Part shown: positions 62,697 to 64,000 of the stretch, piece by piece
Layout of the letters: each line of letters starts with the position of its first letter
Numbering within the stretch: the stretch's first letter is position 1
NCBI RefSeq assembly: GCF_004010195.1
Contig: NC_057720.1
Location: forward strand, 19,397,717 to 19,461,716
DNA: 64,000 nucleotides
Direction of reading: 5' to 3'
DNA from: Chiloscyllium plagiosum
Lineage: Eukaryota
Notes under the pieces: generated by a model
What the model was told of the DNA's origin: nothing
Databases searched by the model: none
Seen by the model: only the letters and a program-made list of their open reading frames with translations
Translations under genes and position numbers: made by a program

Positions 62697-63139
62697 GGCC
62701 AATTTGTTTTTATGTCTCAAGCAACATTACTTAAATGGATTCTACAAACATCCAAATTAAGAGCAGGGAATGGTATTTGGCCCCTTGAGCCTGCTTCACC
62801 ATTCAATACGATCAAGGGTGATCTGATGGTGGCCACATTCCAGATGACCTGTGACCTCCTTGTTAGTCAAATTATCCGGTCATTATCACATTGCTGCTTG
62901 TTGCAGTTTGCTGTGCAGAATCGGGCTGACGAGTGTCTTATGTTACAACAGTAACTGAACTTCCTAAGCACTTCATTCACTCGAAAGCTTCCTTGGTTAA
63001 TCCTACAGTCATGTATCATGTGCTTTTCAGAGGCTGAATGACTGGTAGTATGTTTCCAGCAGCATATTTCTGGGTACAGATCAACTGGAGACAAATTATA
63101 CAAAAATGGCTGTTTAAGTTAAATTAACTTATCGCAAAG

Positions 63140-64000
63140 ATTTATACAATACAGCACAGGAACAGGCCCTTCAGCCCACCAAGGCTTTTGCCTGAAATGT
63201 CGATTTTCCTGCTCCTCGGATGCTGCCTGACCTGCTGTGCTTTTCCAGCACCACTCTGATCTAAACCCCTTCAGCCCATCAAGTCTGTGCCAATTCTTAA
63301 CCCTTATTTAGACCCACTACTTATTGCCCACGTGTGGTTTCTATCCCCCATTCACCTCCCATTCATGTGTCTATCAAGATACACTTTAAACAGAACAGAA
63401 ATGCGGAGACATTTCTTCAGCCAGAGAGTGGGGGGCCTGTGGAATTCATTGCCACAGAGTGCAGTGGAGGCTGGGACGCTAAATGTCTTCAAGGCAGAAA
63501 TTGATAAATTCTTGATGTCACAAGGAATTAAGGGCTACGGGGAGAATGCGGGTAAGTGGAGTTGAAATGCCCATCAGCCATGATTGAATGGCGGAGTGGA
63601 CTCGATGGGCCGAATGGCCTTACTTCCGCTCCTATGTCTTATGGTCTTATGGTCTTATGATCTTAAATGTTGCTAACGTGCCTGCTTCCACCACCTCCAC
63701 TGGCAGTGCATTCCAGGCACCCACCACCCTGTGTGTGAAAAGATTTCCCCCCCTTCTCTCCTAAACTTTCCCCCTCTTAACTTGAACCTGTGCCGTCTTG
63801 TAGTTGACTATTCCACCTGGGAAAAAAAAGACCTCTGACTATCCATCCTATCCAGTCCCCTCATAGTTTCGTAGACCTCTATCACCCCTCAGCCTCTGTC
63901 TTTCCAGTGTAAACAATCCGTGTTTATCCAACCTCTCCTCATAACTAAAATCCTCCAGGCCAGGCAATATCCTGGTAAACCTTCTTTGCACCCTCTCCAA
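63140..64000 (-). mobile_element. CR1 3' region with a nested family-A fragment (63184-63266) and a + strand CR1 tail (~63390-63665, (TCTTATGG)n)
   Basis: TSD CCCTTCAGCCCA(C/T)CAAG at 63167-63183 and 63267-63283; EMRRHFFSQRVGGLWNSLP. Confidence 0.85.

Noticed and set aside
1..64000. Most ORFs in the supplied track as host genes
   Set aside because: They overlap SINE, LINE or PLE fragments, low-complexity tracts or antisense frames. The two real exons are not represented by their correct frames.

Overview
This is vertebrate genomic DNA, most likely from a cartilaginous fish (shark), inferred from HE1-type V-SINEs, Deu-domain SINEs and abundant CR1 LINEs. It is dominated by nested, decayed retroelements and has two assembly gaps. 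Two short minus-strand coding exons missed by the ORF track (36702-36830 and 3630-3744, about 33 kb apart) splice in frame into a SAM domain: MMKHLPISKWLAQLGLPEYFKLFDEEYDGVE|DLLHLTEADLRQLGIQNQTHRTHIVSSIILLQERERRR. From memory this resembles the N-terminal extension of non-mammalian BCAR3. A candidate promoter and first exon lie near 54.7-55.2 kb. The most distinctive system is a set of four Penelope-like element (PLE) lineages, each with its own minimal hammerhead-ribozyme motif. Many of their copies are fold-back hairpins with one fixed end, a variable fold point and 11-17 bp target-site duplications. Other oddities are a captured, decayed VASP-like exon, a hidden 17-unit ~31.5-bp periodic TAATTA array, local templated duplications and a ~144-bp-arm CR1 palindrome. 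Repeat boundaries were read by eye and are approximate unless exact motifs are quoted. No database searches were run.
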